DNA of 64,000 nucleotides from Escherichia coli (GTDB lineage Bacteria; Pseudomonadota; Gammaproteobacteria; Enterobacterales; Enterobacteriaceae): NCBI RefSeq assembly GCF_013315695.1, contig NZ_CP054353.1; one strand, 5' to 3'. Shown piece by piece: positions 1 to 10,128 of this stretch (position 1 is its first letter; each line of letters starts with the position of its first letter). The notes under the pieces were generated by a model. It saw only the letters and a program-made list of their open reading frames with translations, ran no database searches and was not told where the DNA came from. The position numbers and the translations under genes were made by a program.

Positions 1-2
1 CG

Positions 3-425
3 GAAGACCTGCAGAGTCTGGTGGGGGCCACGGTGGTCCGCCGCCGGGTGTATGCCCGTTTTCTGGATGCGGTGAATTTCGTTGCGGGCAATCCGGAGGC
101 GGACCCGGAGCAGGAGCTGAGTGACCGCTGGGTGGTGGAGCAGATGTCGCAGCTGACAGCCATGACGGCCTCGTTTGTGCTGGCCACACCGACCGAGACG
201 GACGGGGCGCTGTTTCCCGGTCGCATCATGCTGGCGAACACCTGTATGTGGGATTACCGGGGAGATGAATGCGGGTATAACGGTCCTGCGGTGGCGGATG
301 AGTTCGACAACCCCACCACGGATATCCGTAAGGACAGATGCAGCAAGTGCATGCGCGGGTGTGAGATGCGCGGCATGGTGGCTAATTTTGGCGGTTTCCT
401 TTCCATTAACAAACTTTCGCAGTAA
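3..425 (+). CDS. L: Tail tip assembly protein L, C-terminal part (partial at window start)
   Basis: ORF 21..425 in frame from window start; C-terminal Cys cluster (CSKCMRGCEMRG) as in the lambda gpL Fe-S region; position directly upstream of K. Confidence 0.7.
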   Translation, partial: EDLQSLVGATVVRRRVYARFLDAVNFVAGNPEADPEQELSDRWVVEQMSQLTAMTASFVLATPTETDGALFPGRIMLANTCMWDYRGDECGYNGPAVADEFDNPTTDIRKDRCSKCMRGCEMRGMVANFGGFLSINKLSQ

Positions 426-430
426 ATCCA

Positions 431-1174
431 ATGACACAGACAGAATCAGCGATTCTGGCGCATGCCCGGCGGTGTGTGCCTGCGGAGTCGTGCGGCTTAG
501 TGGTGAGAACGCCGGAGGGGGAGCGGTATATCCCTTGTGTGAATATCTCTGCAGAGCCGGAGGCGTATTTTCGTATTGCACCGGAAGACTGGCTGCGGGC
601 AGAGATGCAGGGGGAGATTGTGGCACTGGTCCACAGTCATCCCGGTGGGCTGCCCTGGCTGAGCGAGGCTGACCGGCGGCTGCAGATAAAAAGCGCACTG
701 CCCTGGTGGCTGGTCTGCCGGGGTGACATTCACAAATTCCGCTGCGTGCCGCACCTGACGGGACGGCGCTTTGAGCACGGGGTGACGGACTGTTACACCC
801 TGTTCCGGGATGCATACCATCTGGCGGGGACTGAAATGCCGGATTTTCATCGCGAGGATGACTGGTGGCGCAACGGTCAGAACCTTTACCTGGACAATAT
901 GGCGGTCACCGGCTTTTACCGGGTGCCCCTGTCCTCTGCACAGGCGGGCGATATTCTGCTGTGCTGCTTTGGTGCTTCGGTACCGAACCATGCCGCCATT
1001 TACTGCGGCAACGGTGAGCTGCTTCACCATCTGCCTGAACAACTGAGTAAACGGGAGAGGTATTCCGAAAAATGGCAACGACGAACGCATTCTGTCTGGC
1101 GTCACCGCCACTGGCACGCATCTGCCTTCACGGGGATTTGCAACGATTTGGCCGCCGCCTCAGCCTGTATGTGA
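431..1174 (+). CDS. K: Tail assembly protein K (JAB/MPN plus NlpC/P60-like)
   Basis: 247-aa ORF; HSHP metal motif and Cys/His hydrolase motifs; overlaps the start of I as in lambda. Confidence 0.8.
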   Translation: MTQTESAILAHARRCVPAESCGLVVRTPEGERYIPCVNISAEPEAYFRIAPEDWLRAEMQGEIVALVHSHPGGLPWLSEADRRLQIKSALPWWLVCRGDIHKFRCVPHLTGRRFEHGVTDCYTLFRDAYHLAGTEMPDFHREDDWWRNGQNLYLDNMAVTGFYRVPLSSAQAGDILLCCFGASVPNHAAIYCGNGELLHHLPEQLSKRERYSEKWQRRTHSVWRHRHWHASAFTGICNDLAAASACM

Positions 1175-1752
1175 ACACGGCAGCGGAAGCCATTCGCGCC
1201 CTGTCGATGCAGATGCCGGGCTTTCGCCGTCAGATGAACGAAGGCTGGTACCAGATACGTATTGCCGGTGATGACACGGCACCGGAGGCGGTGTATGCCC
1301 GTCTTCACGAACAGCTGGGTGAGGGAACGGTCATCCACATTGTGCCGCGACTGGCCGGGGCCGGAAAGGGTGGACTGCAGATTGTGCTGGGGGCGGCAGC
1401 CATCGTGGGCTCTTTCTTCACGGCCGGAGGCTCGATGGCGTTATGGGGTACAGCCCTGAGTGCCGGTGGTTTTTCTGCCACCACGATGCTGTTTTCACTG
1501 GGTGCCAGCATGATACTGGGCGGAGTGGCCCAGATGCTGGCCCCGAAGGCAAAAACACCGGATTACCGCGCAACGGATAACGGCAGACAGAACACGTACT
1601 TTTCCTCGCTGGATAACATGATTGCCCAGGGGAACCCGATGCCGGTGCCTTACGGGGAAATGCTGGTTGGCTCCCGCCGTATATCCCAGGACATCAGCAC
1701 CCGTGATGAAGGCGGGGGCGGAAAGGTCGTGGTTATCGGGCGGCAGGGGTAA
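1072..1752 (+). CDS. I: Tail assembly protein I
   Basis: 226-aa ORF with the gpI-like Gly/Ala-rich hydrophobic C-terminal half; follows K. Confidence 0.8.
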   Translation: MATTNAFCLASPPLARICLHGDLQRFGRRLSLYVNTAAEAIRALSMQMPGFRRQMNEGWYQIRIAGDDTAPEAVYARLHEQLGEGTVIHIVPRLAGAGKGGLQIVLGAAAIVGSFFTAGGSMALWGTALSAGGFSATTMLFSLGASMILGGVAQMLAPKAKTPDYRATDNGRQNTYFSSLDNMIAQGNPMPVPYGEMLVGSRRISQDISTRDEGGGGKVVVIGRQG

Positions 1753-1961
1753 AAAGAATAAAAAAATCCCGCAGTGATCGCGGACAGGAACTGCGGGAGA
1801 GTTACGAAGATTAAGTGTAAGGAATTATTCTTATATCACGACAAAAAAATTAACGCAGAGAAATTATACGCGCCACAGTCAGTTTGTGAAAATGTGAAGA
1901 TATTCAGAATTTTTATGCCATTACCGGTTTTAACCAACAGGATTATCGGTGGGCATGAAAG

Positions 1962-1998
1962 AAAACCCCGGTATCTGCTGATACCGGGGTTTCTCTTT
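1962..1998. terminator. Bidirectional intrinsic-terminator-like hairpin in the I-J gap
   Basis: Perfect inverted repeat aaccccggtat / ataccggggtt (1964-1991) with T-runs on both strands. Confidence 0.55.
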
Positions 1999-2095
1999 AG
2001 CATGGCAGAAATGTGTTTCATGCTTTTCGGGCGAAGGATATCCGACTTCTGTACGGAATGGCAAGTGGCGGTTAATTTATTCAGGGGAAGGCTGT

Positions 2096-5000
2096 ATGGG
2101 AAAAGGTGGCGGTAAGGCACACACGCCTCGTGAGGCGAAGGATAATCTCAAATCCACGCAGATGATGAGTGTGATTGATGCGATTGGTGAGGGACCGATA
2201 GAAGGTCCGGTGAAGGGACTGCAGAGTATTCTGGTGAACAAAACCCCGCTGACGGACACGGACGGTAATCCCGTGATACACGGTGTGACTGCGGTCTGGC
2301 GTGCCGGGGAGCAGGAGCAGACACCACCGGAAGGCTTTGAGTCCTCCGGAGCTGAAACCGGACTGGGCGTGGAAGTGACGAAGGCAAAACCGGTGACGCG
2401 CACCATTACGTCCGCGAACATTGACCGCCTGCGGGTTACCTTCGGGGTGCAGTCACTGGTGCAGACCACGTCAAAGGGCGACCGTAATCCTTCCTCTGTC
2501 CGGATTCTGATTCAGTTACAGCGTAATGGCCGCTGGGTGACGGAAAAGGATGTCACCATTAACGGCAAGACCACCTCGCAGTTCCTGGCCTCGGTGATTC
2601 TGGATAATCTGCCTCCCCGGCCCTTTAACATCCGGATGGTCAGGGAGACGGCGGACAGCACCACGGACCAGCTGCAGAATAAGACGCTGTGGTCGTCATA
2701 CACCGAAATCATCGATGTGAAACAGTGCTACCCGAACACGGCCATTGTGGGGCTGCAGGTGGATGCGGAGCAGTTCGGCGGCCAGCAGATGACGGTGAAC
2801 TACCATATCCGCGGTCGCATCATCCAGGTGCCGTCAAACTATGACCCGGAAAAACGCACGTACAGTGGTATCTGGGACGGCAGCCTGAAACCGGCATACA
2901 GCAACAACCCGGCCTGGTGTCTGTGGGACATGCTGACTCACCCGCGCTACGGCATGGGAAAACGTCTGGGGGCGGCGGATGTGGACAAGTGGGCGCTGTA
3001 TGCCATCGGGCAGTACTGCGACCAGACGGTCCCGGATGGTTTCGGGGGGACCGAGCCGCGGATGACCTTTAATGCGTACCTGGCACAACAGCGTAAGGCG
3101 TGGGACGTTCTCAGTGATTTCTGCTCTGCGATGCGCTGTATGCCGGTATGGAACGGCCAGACGCTGACGTTCGTTCAGGACCGTCCGTCGGATGTGGTGT
3201 GGCCGTACACCAACAGCGATGTGGTGGTGGATGATAACGGCGTGGGTTTCCGCTACAGCTCCAGTGCCCTGAAGGACCGGCACACGGCAGTGGAGGTGAA
3301 TTACACCGACCCGCAGAACGGCTGGCAGACCTCCACGGAACTGGTGGAAGACCCGGAAGCCATACTGCGCTACGGACGCAACCTGCTGAAGATGGACGCG
3401 TTCGGCTGTACCAGCCGCGGTCAGGCCCACCGTGCCGGGCTGTGGGTGATAAAGACCGAACTGCTGGAAACGCAGACGGTGGATTTCACGCTTGGGTCAC
3501 AGGGGCTGCGTCACACACCCGGTGACATCATTGAAATCTGTGATAACGACTATGCCGGGACCATGACCGGCGGACGTGTCCTGTCCATCGATGCCGCCAG
3601 CCGTACCCTGACGCTGGACCGGGAGGTGACACTGCCGGAGACCGGCACGGCCACTGTTAATCTGATTAACGGCAGCGGTAAGCCGGCGAGCGTGGCCATC
3701 ACCGCACACCCCGCGCCTGACCGGATACAGGTCAGCACCCTGCCGGATGGTGTGGAGACATACGGTGTGTGGGGACTCTCCCTGCCGTCACTGCGTCGTC
3801 GCCTGTTCCGCTGTGTCTCCATCCGGGAAAACACGGACGGCACCTTTGCCATCACGGCGGTGCAGCACGTACCTGAAAAAGAAGCCATCGTGGATAACGG
3901 GGCCCGCTTTGAGCCGCAGTCAGGCACCCTGAACAGCGTTATCCCACCGGCAGTGCAGCACCTGACGGTGGAGGTGAGCGCAGCTGACGGCCAGTATCTG
4001 GCGCAGGCTAAATGGGACACGCCGCGGGTGGTGAAGGGCGTGCGCTTCAGTCTGCGCCTGACCAGTGGTAAGGGAACGGATGCCAGACTGGTGACCACCG
4101 CCATCACCGCAGACACGGAGCACCGTTTCAGCGGCCTGCCACTGGGGGAATACACCCTGACGGTGCGGGCCATTAACAGCTACGGCCAGCAGGGCGAACC
4201 TGCGACCACCACCTTCCGGATTAACGCGCCTGCAAAACCCGCCACCATTGAGCTGACGCCGGGGTATTTTCAGATAACGGCGGTACCGGTGCTGGCGGTG
4301 TATGACCCGACGGTGCAGTTTGAATTCTGGTTCTCAGAAAAACGCATCACGAACACGGCACAGGTGGAAAAATCTGCCCGTTATCTGGGGACCGGCAGTC
4401 AGTGGACTGTCCAGGGGAGCCGGATTAAGCCGGGGACGGATTTCTGGTTTTACGTGCGAAGCGTCAACCTGGTGGGAAAATCTGCTTTTGTGGAAGCCAG
4501 CGGGCAGCCCAGCAATGATGGTGAAGGGTATCTGGAAATTTTCCGGGGGCTGATAGATGAGACGCTTCTGGGGCAGGCACTGAAAGAGCGCATTGATGCT
4601 TCAGCGCTGCGTACGGAGGTCACGCAACTGGAAGAAGATATCCGTCAGCGGATGGACACGGATATCGCAGAAGTGACCCGGAAAATCGGGAAGGCGGAAA
4701 ACAGCCTCACGCAGCTGGTTGCGAAAAAGAATGAGGACCAGACACTGGCCATCGCGCAGGTGAGCCAGAAAGTGGACCGGGTGAGCAGTGAAATCTCACA
4801 GACTGTCAGCCAGGGGCAGTCAGAAAACGCCCGACAGATAGCACAGGTCCGCCAGTACGTGGATAAAAAAGGGAGTGAAATTACCTCGACCACGGATAAA
4901 AAGCTGGGTGACCAGGCCGTGACCATACAGCAAATCCAGCGGGTTCAGTCAGACACGCGCAATGAGCTGAATGCCATGTATATGCTGAAGGTGCAGAAAA

Positions 5001-5788
5001 CAAAAAACGGTATTCCCTATGTGGCCGGGATTGGCGCGGGGATTGAGGATGTTGATGGTCAGACCCTGAGTAACATTCTGCTGCAGGCCGATCGCATTGC
5101 GATGATTACCCCGGAGAACGGCAACACCACGCCGCTGTTTGTGGCGCAGGGGAATCAGCTGTTCATGAACGACGTGTTCCTGAAGCGACTGTTTGCGGTG
5201 AGCATCACGTCATCCGGCAATCCTCCGACGTTTTCCCTGACGCCGGATGGCAGGCTGACAGCCCGCAATGCGGATATCAGTGGAGCCATCACGGCGAATA
5301 CCGGCACGCTCAATAATGTCACCATTAACGAGAACTGTGTCATCAGAGGGAAACTGTCTGCAAACCAGATTGAAGGCGATCTCGTTAAAACAGTGGGTAA
5401 GGCTTTCCCCCGTGACTCCCGTGCACCGAAGCGTTGGCCATCAGGAACCATTACCGTCAGGGTTTATGACGATCAGCCGTTTAACCGGCAGATTGTTATT
5501 CCGGCGGTGGCTTTCAGCGGTGCCAGACATGAGCGGGAGAACAGCGATACTTATTCGTCATGCCGCCTGATAGTGAAGAAAAACGGTGCTGAAATTTATA
5601 ACCGTACCGCGATGGATAATACGCTGGTTTACAGTGGTGTTATTGATATGCCTGCTGGTCGCGGCCACATGACGCTGGAGTTTTCTGTATCAGCATGGTG
5701 GGTAAATGGCTGGTATCCCACAGCAAGTATCAGCGATTTGCTGGTTGTTGTGATGAAGAAAGCCACTGCAGGCATCACGATTAGCTGA
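2096..5788 (+). CDS. J: Host specificity / tail tip central fiber protein J
   Basis: 1230-aa ORF; N-terminus [21 protein letters not shown] and conserved internal blocks typical of lambda gpJ; variable C-terminus. Confidence 0.9.
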   Translation: MGKGGGKAHTPREAKDNLKSTQMMSVIDAIGEGPIEGPVKGLQSILVNKTPLTDTDGNPVIHGVTAVWRAGEQEQTPPEGFESSGAETGLGVEVTKAKPVTRTITSANIDRLRVTFGVQSLVQTTSKGDRNPSSVRILIQLQRNGRWVTEKDVTINGKTTSQFLASVILDNLPPRPFNIRMVRETADSTTDQLQNKTLWSSYTEIIDVKQCYPNTAIVGLQVDAEQFGGQQMTVNYHIRGRIIQVPSNYDPEKRTYSGIWDGSLKPAYSNNPAWCLWDMLTHPRYGMGKRLGAADVDKWALYAIGQYCDQTVPDGFGGTEPRMTFNAYLAQQRKAWDVLSDFCSAMRCMPVWNGQTLTFVQDRPSDVVWPYTNSDVVVDDNGVGFRYSSSALKDRHTAVEVNYTDPQNGWQTSTELVEDPEAILRYGRNLLKMDAFGCTSRGQAHRAGLWVIKTELLETQTVDFTLGSQGLRHTPGDIIEICDNDYAGTMTGGRVLSIDAASRTLTLDREVTLPETGTATVNLINGSGKPASVAITAHPAPDRIQVSTLPDGVETYGVWGLSLPSLRRRLFRCVSIRENTDGTFAITAVQHVPEKEAIVDNGARFEPQSGTLNSVIPPAVQHLTVEVSAADGQYLAQAKWDTPRVVKGVRFSLRLTSGKGTDARLVTTAITADTEHRFSGLPLGEYTLTVRAINSYGQQGEPATTTFRINAPAKPATIELTPGYFQITAVPVLAVYDPTVQFEFWFSEKRITNTAQVEKSARYLGTGSQWTVQGSRIKPGTDFWFYVRSVNLVGKSAFVEASGQPSNDGEGYLEIFRGLIDETLLGQALKERIDASALRTEVTQLEEDIRQRMDTDIAEVTRKIGKAENSLTQLVAKKNEDQTLAIAQVSQKVDRVSSEISQTVSQGQSENARQIAQVRQYVDKKGSEITSTTDKKLGDQAVTIQQIQRVQSDTRNELNAMYMLKVQKTKNGIPYVAGIGAGIEDVDGQTLSNILLQADRIAMITPENGNTTPLFVAQGNQLFMNDVFLKRLFAVSITSSGNPPTFSLTPDGRLTARNADISGAITANTGTLNNVTINENCVIRGKLSANQIEGDLVKTVGKAFPRDSRAPKRWPSGTITVRVYDDQPFNRQIVIPAVAFSGARHERENSDTYSSCRLIVKKNGAEIYNRTAMDNTLVYSGVIDMPAGRGHMTLEFSVSAWWVNGWYPTASISDLLVVVMKKATAGITIS

Positions 5789-5807
5789 ATTTTATAACCC
5801 CAATACG

Positions 5808-5832
5808 GGCGCCAGAAATGGCGCCTTTTTTA
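5808..5832 (+). terminator. Intrinsic terminator after J
   Basis: ggcgcc-agaaat-ggcgcc hairpin followed by tttttta. Confidence 0.6.
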
Positions 5833-5855
5833 TTGCAGAAAAGCGAGAGGTAATT

Positions 5856-6455
5856 ATGCGTAAATTATGTGCAGCCATTTTGTCCGCAGCCATCTGTCTG
5901 TCCGTATCCGGTGCGCCTGCATGGGCGTCTGAACATCAGTCCACACTGAGCGCGGGGTATCTTCATGCCCGTACGAACGCTCCCGGCAGCGATAATCTGA
6001 ACGGGATTAACGTGAAATACCGTTATGAGTTTACGGACACGCTGGGGCTGATTACGTCCTTCAGTTATGCCAATGCTGAGGATGAGCAAAAAACGCACTA
6101 CAACGATACCCGCTGGCATGAAGATTCCGTGCGTAACCGCTGGTTCAGCGTGATGGCGGGGCCGTCTGTACGCGTGAATGAATGGTTCAGCGCGTATGCG
6201 ATGGTGGGTGTGGCTTACAGCCGTGTGTCGACTTTCTCCGGGGATTATCTCCGCGTAACTGACAACAAGGGGAAAACGCACGACGTGCTGACCGGAAGTG
6301 ATGACGGTCGCCACAGCAACACGTCTCTGGCGTGGGGGGCTGGCGTGCAGTTTAACCCGACCGAATCCGTGACCATTGACCTTGCTTATGAAGGTTCCGG
6401 TAGTGGCGACTGGCGAACGGATGCATTTATTGTTGGTATCGGATACCGTTTCTGA
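5856..6455 (+). CDS. lom: Lom-like outer membrane protein (Ail/Lom/PagC family beta-barrel)
   Basis: 199-aa ORF with signal peptide and C-terminal aromatic residue (…GYRF); lambda lom position after J. Confidence 0.85.
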   Translation: MRKLCAAILSAAICLSVSGAPAWASEHQSTLSAGYLHARTNAPGSDNLNGINVKYRYEFTDTLGLITSFSYANAEDEQKTHYNDTRWHEDSVRNRWFSVMAGPSVRVNEWFSAYAMVGVAYSRVSTFSGDYLRVTDNKGKTHDVLTGSDDGRHSNTSLAWGAGVQFNPTESVTIDLAYEGSGSGDWRTDAFIVGIGYRF

Positions 6456-6560
6456 CAACAGACGCCGATTTATCTTCTGTAAATATTGTTATGATACGCA
6501 GGTTCATCCACCTTATGGGGTGAACTGCGTTTGAGGAAACGTAAAGTTACACTGTCCTGA

Positions 6561-6593
6561 AGCCCGTGGCGTCACTGCTGCGGGCTTTTTTTA
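6561..6593 (+). terminator. Intrinsic terminator after lom
   Basis: agcccg…cgggct hairpin followed by ttttttt. Confidence 0.55.
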
Positions 6594-6606
6594 TTGGTGG
6601 AAAAGT

Positions 6607-8667
6607 ATGACAGTAAAAATTTCTGGCGTGCTTAAAGATGGCACAGGAAAACCAGTACAGAACTGCACCATTGTGCTGAAGGCCAGACGAACCAGCAGCA
6701 CGGTGGTGGTGAACACGGTGGCCTCTGAAAATCCGGATGAAGCCGGACGTTACAGCATGGATGTTGAGCATGGTCAGTACAGCGTCACCCTGCTGGTTGA
6801 AGGTTTTCCGCCTTCACATGCCGGGACCATTACCGTCTATGAAGGTTCCAGACCAGGTACGCTGAATGATTTTCTCGGCGCCATGACGGAGGATGATGTT
6901 CGTCCGGAGGCACTGCGCCGTTTTGAGCTGATGGTGAATGAAGTGGCACGTCATGCCGGAGCGTCATCACAGAGTGCAGCGGCGGCAAAGAAATCCGAAA
7001 CGGCAGCAGCCTCATCGAAGAATGCGGCGAAAACCTCAGAAACGAATGCAGCTAACAGCGCACAGGCGGCAGCGGCCTCGCAGACTGCATCGGCAAACTC
7101 CGCGACAGCAGCCAAAAAATCAGAAACCAGCGCGAAAAATAGCGAGACAGCCACAAAGGCCAGCGAAAAAAACGCAAAATCCAGCCAGACGGCAGCGAAA
7201 ACCAGTGAGACGAATGCCAAAGACAGTGAAGCCAACGCAAAGGTGAGCGAAACAGCGGCGGCGAACTCGGCGAAAGCATCGGCAGCAAGCCAGACGGCAG
7301 CAAAAGCAAGTGAAGATGCTGCCAGAGAATACGCAAACCAGACAGCAGAGCCGTACAGATATGTTTTACAGCCGCTGCCGGATGTGTGGATACCCTTTAA
7401 TGATTCGCTGGATATGATTACGGGCTATTCTCCGGGTTATAAAAAAGTGAAGATTGGTGATAATGTGGTTCAGGTTGCCAGTGATAAACAGGTTAATTTC
7501 AGTCGCGCATCAACGGCAACATATATCAACAAATCTGGCGAACTGAAAACGGCGGAAATTAATGAGCCACGATTTGAAAAAGAAGGTTTATTGATTGAAG
7601 GTCAGCGAACCAACTACATGTTGAATTCAGCAACTCCAGCTTCTTGGGGTAAATCTGCAAATATGAATGTCGCTGAGGTTGGAACTGATAGTTTTGGTTT
7701 TACTTATGGAAAGTTTGTTTGTAATGAATCATTAATTGGGCAAAGTACAACCCTTAATATGGCAGTAGTTTCAACCTCGGGGGCTGTCGATGTATCAGGC
7801 GATAATAAGTGTGTGACGACATCGTGCAGATTTAAAACGGATTTGGAACTCCTGTTAAGGATCAGGTTTGAAGCCTTCGATGGCAGCGCTTCATCTAATC
7901 TTGGATATGCCATTGTTAATACGCGGTCTTTATTGGTTGAAATCACCGGTGTAGCTGCCGACAGGCTCACCGCACGAGTTAACAAAGATGAAGCTACGGG
8001 CTGGATTTTTGTAGAGGCAACGATTCAAGCAAGTAAAGAAACTTACATAACCTCTGCAATACAATACGCACCAAAAAAAGGTGGTGTCGTTGAATCTGGT
8101 GACTATATTTATCTGGCCACCCCTCAGGTTGAGGATGGTTCGTGTGTATCATCTTTTATTATATCAGGAACGACGGCGGCGACGCGCGCAAGCGATATGG
8201 TTACAGTTCCGATTAAGAATAATCTTTATAATCTTCCTTTTACGGTTCTTTGTGAGGTACATAAGAACTGGTATAAAACGCCAAATGCAGCGCCACGTGT
8301 TTTTGATACCGGCGGTCATCAAACCGGAGCGGCTATTATTCTTGGCTTCGGATCTTCGGCAGATGGGCCAGACGGATTTCCTTATTGCGATATTGGTGGA
8401 TCAAATAGGCGTGTTAACGAAAACGCATCGTTGAAAAAAATGGTTATGGGGATGCGTGTAAAGTCAGATCAGTCTACATGTGCAGTAAGTAACGGGCGTA
8501 TATCCAGCGAAACAAAAACCACATGGGAATATATCCGGAGTACAGCAACCATTCGCATTGGTGGACAAACTACAGCAGGATTACGCCATTTATTTGGGCA
8601 TGTGAGGAATTTTCGTCTCTGGCATAAAGAGCTAACAGATGCGCAGCTTGGGGAGGTTGTGGAGTGA
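6607..8667 (+). CDS. stf: Side tail fiber protein with Ala/Ser/Lys/Glu-rich repeat collar and a distinct C-terminal domain
   Basis: 686-aa ORF; repeat block (KKSETAAASSKNAAKTSETNA…); position after lom. Confidence 0.8.
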   Translation: MTVKISGVLKDGTGKPVQNCTIVLKARRTSSTVVVNTVASENPDEAGRYSMDVEHGQYSVTLLVEGFPPSHAGTITVYEGSRPGTLNDFLGAMTEDDVRPEALRRFELMVNEVARHAGASSQSAAAAKKSETAAASSKNAAKTSETNAANSAQAAAASQTASANSATAAKKSETSAKNSETATKASEKNAKSSQTAAKTSETNAKDSEANAKVSETAAANSAKASAASQTAAKASEDAAREYANQTAEPYRYVLQPLPDVWIPFNDSLDMITGYSPGYKKVKIGDNVVQVASDKQVNFSRASTATYINKSGELKTAEINEPRFEKEGLLIEGQRTNYMLNSATPASWGKSANMNVAEVGTDSFGFTYGKFVCNESLIGQSTTLNMAVVSTSGAVDVSGDNKCVTTSCRFKTDLELLLRIRFEAFDGSASSNLGYAIVNTRSLLVEITGVAADRLTARVNKDEATGWIFVEATIQASKETYITSAIQYAPKKGGVVESGDYIYLATPQVEDGSCVSSFIISGTTAATRASDMVTVPIKNNLYNLPFTVLCEVHKNWYKTPNAAPRVFDTGGHQTGAAIILGFGSSADGPDGFPYCDIGGSNRRVNENASLKKMVMGMRVKSDQSTCAVSNGRISSETKTTWEYIRSTATIRIGGQTTAGLRHLFGHVRNFRLWHKELTDAQLGEVVE
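6960..7330 (+). repeat. Low-complexity coding repeat region inside stf
   Basis: Reiterated A/S/K/E/T-rich peptide units; both strands open over this stretch, generating spurious ORFs. Confidence 0.6.
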
Positions 8668-8942
8668 GAGATTTCACGTTGCGTTTCAGTGATAAAGCAG
8701 ATTTCAGGGCATTTCTCAGGAAACTTAACTGGGAAGAGGACGAAGAGCTGCAGAATGCCATTCTGGTTGATGAGATTGGTTTTACGTTCAGTGAGTCAGG
8801 TGTTTCTGCTGACGGGGAGCCTGAATACACGCGAGACGAAGGGTACTTTGTTAATATTCGTCTTCTTGACGATGGCTTTGATGAATCCGTGTTCCGTGAG
8901 TGGGTGGTTACACCAGAGCGCCCGCTCAGGGAGTGGTTTTAA
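8664..8942 (+). CDS. Small acidic hypothetical protein, translationally coupled to stf
   Basis: 92-aa ORF; GTG start overlaps the stf stop codon; D/E-rich composition; function unknown. Confidence 0.5.
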   Translation: MRDFTLRFSDKADFRAFLRKLNWEEDEELQNAILVDEIGFTFSESGVSADGEPEYTRDEGYFVNIRLLDDGFDESVFREWVVTPERPLREWF

Positions 8943-8951
8943 GGGGAGCAG

Positions 8952-9248
8952 ATGGATATCACGCCGATACTTCATGCAATTTGTGCAGTAGCCGTGCAGG
9001 GGCTGGTCGGGTGCATTACCGGTGACTGGGTTTACGGAGCGATAGCGGGTTGTACGTTCTTTATTGCCCGAGAACATACCCAGGCAGAATATCGCTGGAT
9101 TAAGCGTTTTGGTGATGGTCACAGACAGAACATGCCGTGGTGGGGCGGTTTTGATCCGCGTGTGTGGAATGTGGCCAGTCTGATGGATTTTGTGGTGCCG
9201 GTGGTGGCCTGTGCGGGATTGTATGGCTGTATGCTGATTTTTAGCTGA
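8952..9248 (+). CDS. Small predicted integral membrane protein (moron-like)
   Basis: 98-aa ORF preceded by an aaggggag RBS-like motif; several hydrophobic segments. Confidence 0.5.
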   Translation: MDITPILHAICAVAVQGLVGCITGDWVYGAIAGCTFFIAREHTQAEYRWIKRFGDGHRQNMPWWGGFDPRVWNVASLMDFVVPVVACAGLYGCMLIFS

Positions 9249-9365
9249 AAAAAAGGGGAGCACTCAGGCTCCCCAACCAGAAGAAGTCGCTTGAAACGAC
9301 AAGCTCGTTGTTATGCCTTTTAAGAATGTCATACAAAACAGGTCATTACAGTGATTATGATCCCG

Positions 9366-9614
9366 TTATTGCATAAACCAGTCGTCCGCGGTTTGCCAGA
9401 CTTCCTGTAGTGTTTCCTGTACGAACTCCAGTGCTGATTCTTTATCGACGGCTCTTAAAATGGTGAGTCCATCATTGCTGGCAGATTTAACGATCACATC
9501 TGCATCGTCATATCGCTTACCTATGCGGCGCAGCATTTCTTGCTGCAGAGCAGGAACAGAACCTTTCGGCATTTTGCTGATTTTTTCTTTAGCGATACAG
9601 ATCTCAACACGCAT
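9366..9614 (-). CDS. DinI-family protein (SOS/RecA modulator)
   Basis: 82-aa ORF with DinI-like C-terminus (…[10 protein letters not shown]); preceded by a hairpin with T-run on the minus strand (9252-9280). Confidence 0.8.
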   Translation of the reverse strand: MRVEICIAKEKISKMPKGSVPALQQEMLRRIGKRYDDADVIVKSASNDGLTILRAVDKESALEFVQETLQEVWQTADDWFMQ

Positions 9615-9693
9615 AACCCCCTCCTGTAACTGTAGTTATGTACAGGTGTTATTTTTAGCTGTGTGGATAACCAGTGTCAATTGGTAATATTGC

Positions 9694-9726
9694 CTATGGG
9701 GCATCTATGGGGCATGTATGGGACAC
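9694..9726. repeat. Three tandem 11-bp repeats near the prophage end (candidate integrase arm-type sites)
   Basis: ctatggggcat, ctatggggcat, gtatgggacac in tandem, about 120 bp from the host junction. Confidence 0.45.
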
Positions 9727-9838
9727 TTTTTATCGGCGAAATCCGTCGAAGTTCGTCGACATCGAAAACGAATCATCTGTCCAACCCTTGAAAAATGGCG
9801 CTCCTGGACGATCTTCGTCGATTTTTAAAAATGTTGCG

Positions 9839-9907
9839 TCACGCGCGTAACGTGACAGGGTTAATATCACAAAGCAACGCCACTTCACCAATTGTGTAAA
9901 GCGCCAT
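9839..9907 (-). pseudogene. mlrA: mlrA (yehV) 5' fragment: 22 native codons then stop, truncated by prophage integration
   Basis: Minus-strand ATG at 9907 translates MALYTIGEVALLCDINPVTLRA then TGA; matches the MerR-type N-terminus I recall for MlrA. Confidence 0.75.
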
Positions 9908-10128
9908 CGTCTCACCCTTGCTCGCGAGGTCCCGGTTTAACTTTAGACGCAGTTTTGCGAACCAGGTAGTTTTGCCCGTTTTTTGTGCATCTATAGGGTG
10001 ATTTTATTTTTGCCAGGCGATTTTGAGTGATCATACTCACGAATTCTCATTTTTCTGCAAGAGTTCAAAGAAAGTTAAACGCAGGCAATGTATGTTACGC
10101 GTTTTAAAGGGAAGTGTGGTTTGCGGGT

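Larger units (their letters stand above)
1..9850 (+). mobile_element. Right arm of a lambdoid prophage (tail assembly genes, host-specificity protein J, lom, side tail fiber, small moron-like ORFs, dinI-like), ending at attR inside mlrA; left end including integrase is outside the window
   Basis: Lambda-like gene order L-K-I-J-lom-stf read from the translations; host mlrA reading frame breaks after codon 22 near 9840-9850; no integrase or stx seen in window. Confidence 0.85.

Noticed and set aside
1774-2120. ORFs 1774..2115 (+) and 1836..2120 (-) in the I-J gap
   Set aside because: They read through strong hairpins and lack RBS context; the region is better explained as non-coding (see finding).
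2834-4173. Long minus-strand ORFs (2834..3430, 3550..4173) inside the J gene
   Set aside because: Fully embedded antisense to a well-supported 1230-aa gene; GC-rich antisense frames commonly stay open; no independent start context.
6938-7336. ORFs on both strands over the stf repeat region (6938..7246 +, 6951..7235 -, 7052..7336 -)
   Set aside because: Low-complexity Arg/Pro/Gln or Ala/Phe-rich translations produced by the repetitive stf collar sequence; artefacts of the repeat.
9694-9726. Possible CRISPR array
   Set aside because: Only three tandem 11-bp units with no spacers; no CRISPR-like repeat-spacer structure anywhere in the window.
1-9850. Shiga toxin genes or integrase in the prophage segment
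   Set aside because: No ORF with integrase or Stx A/B subunit features is present; only the tail and right-end region lies in this window.
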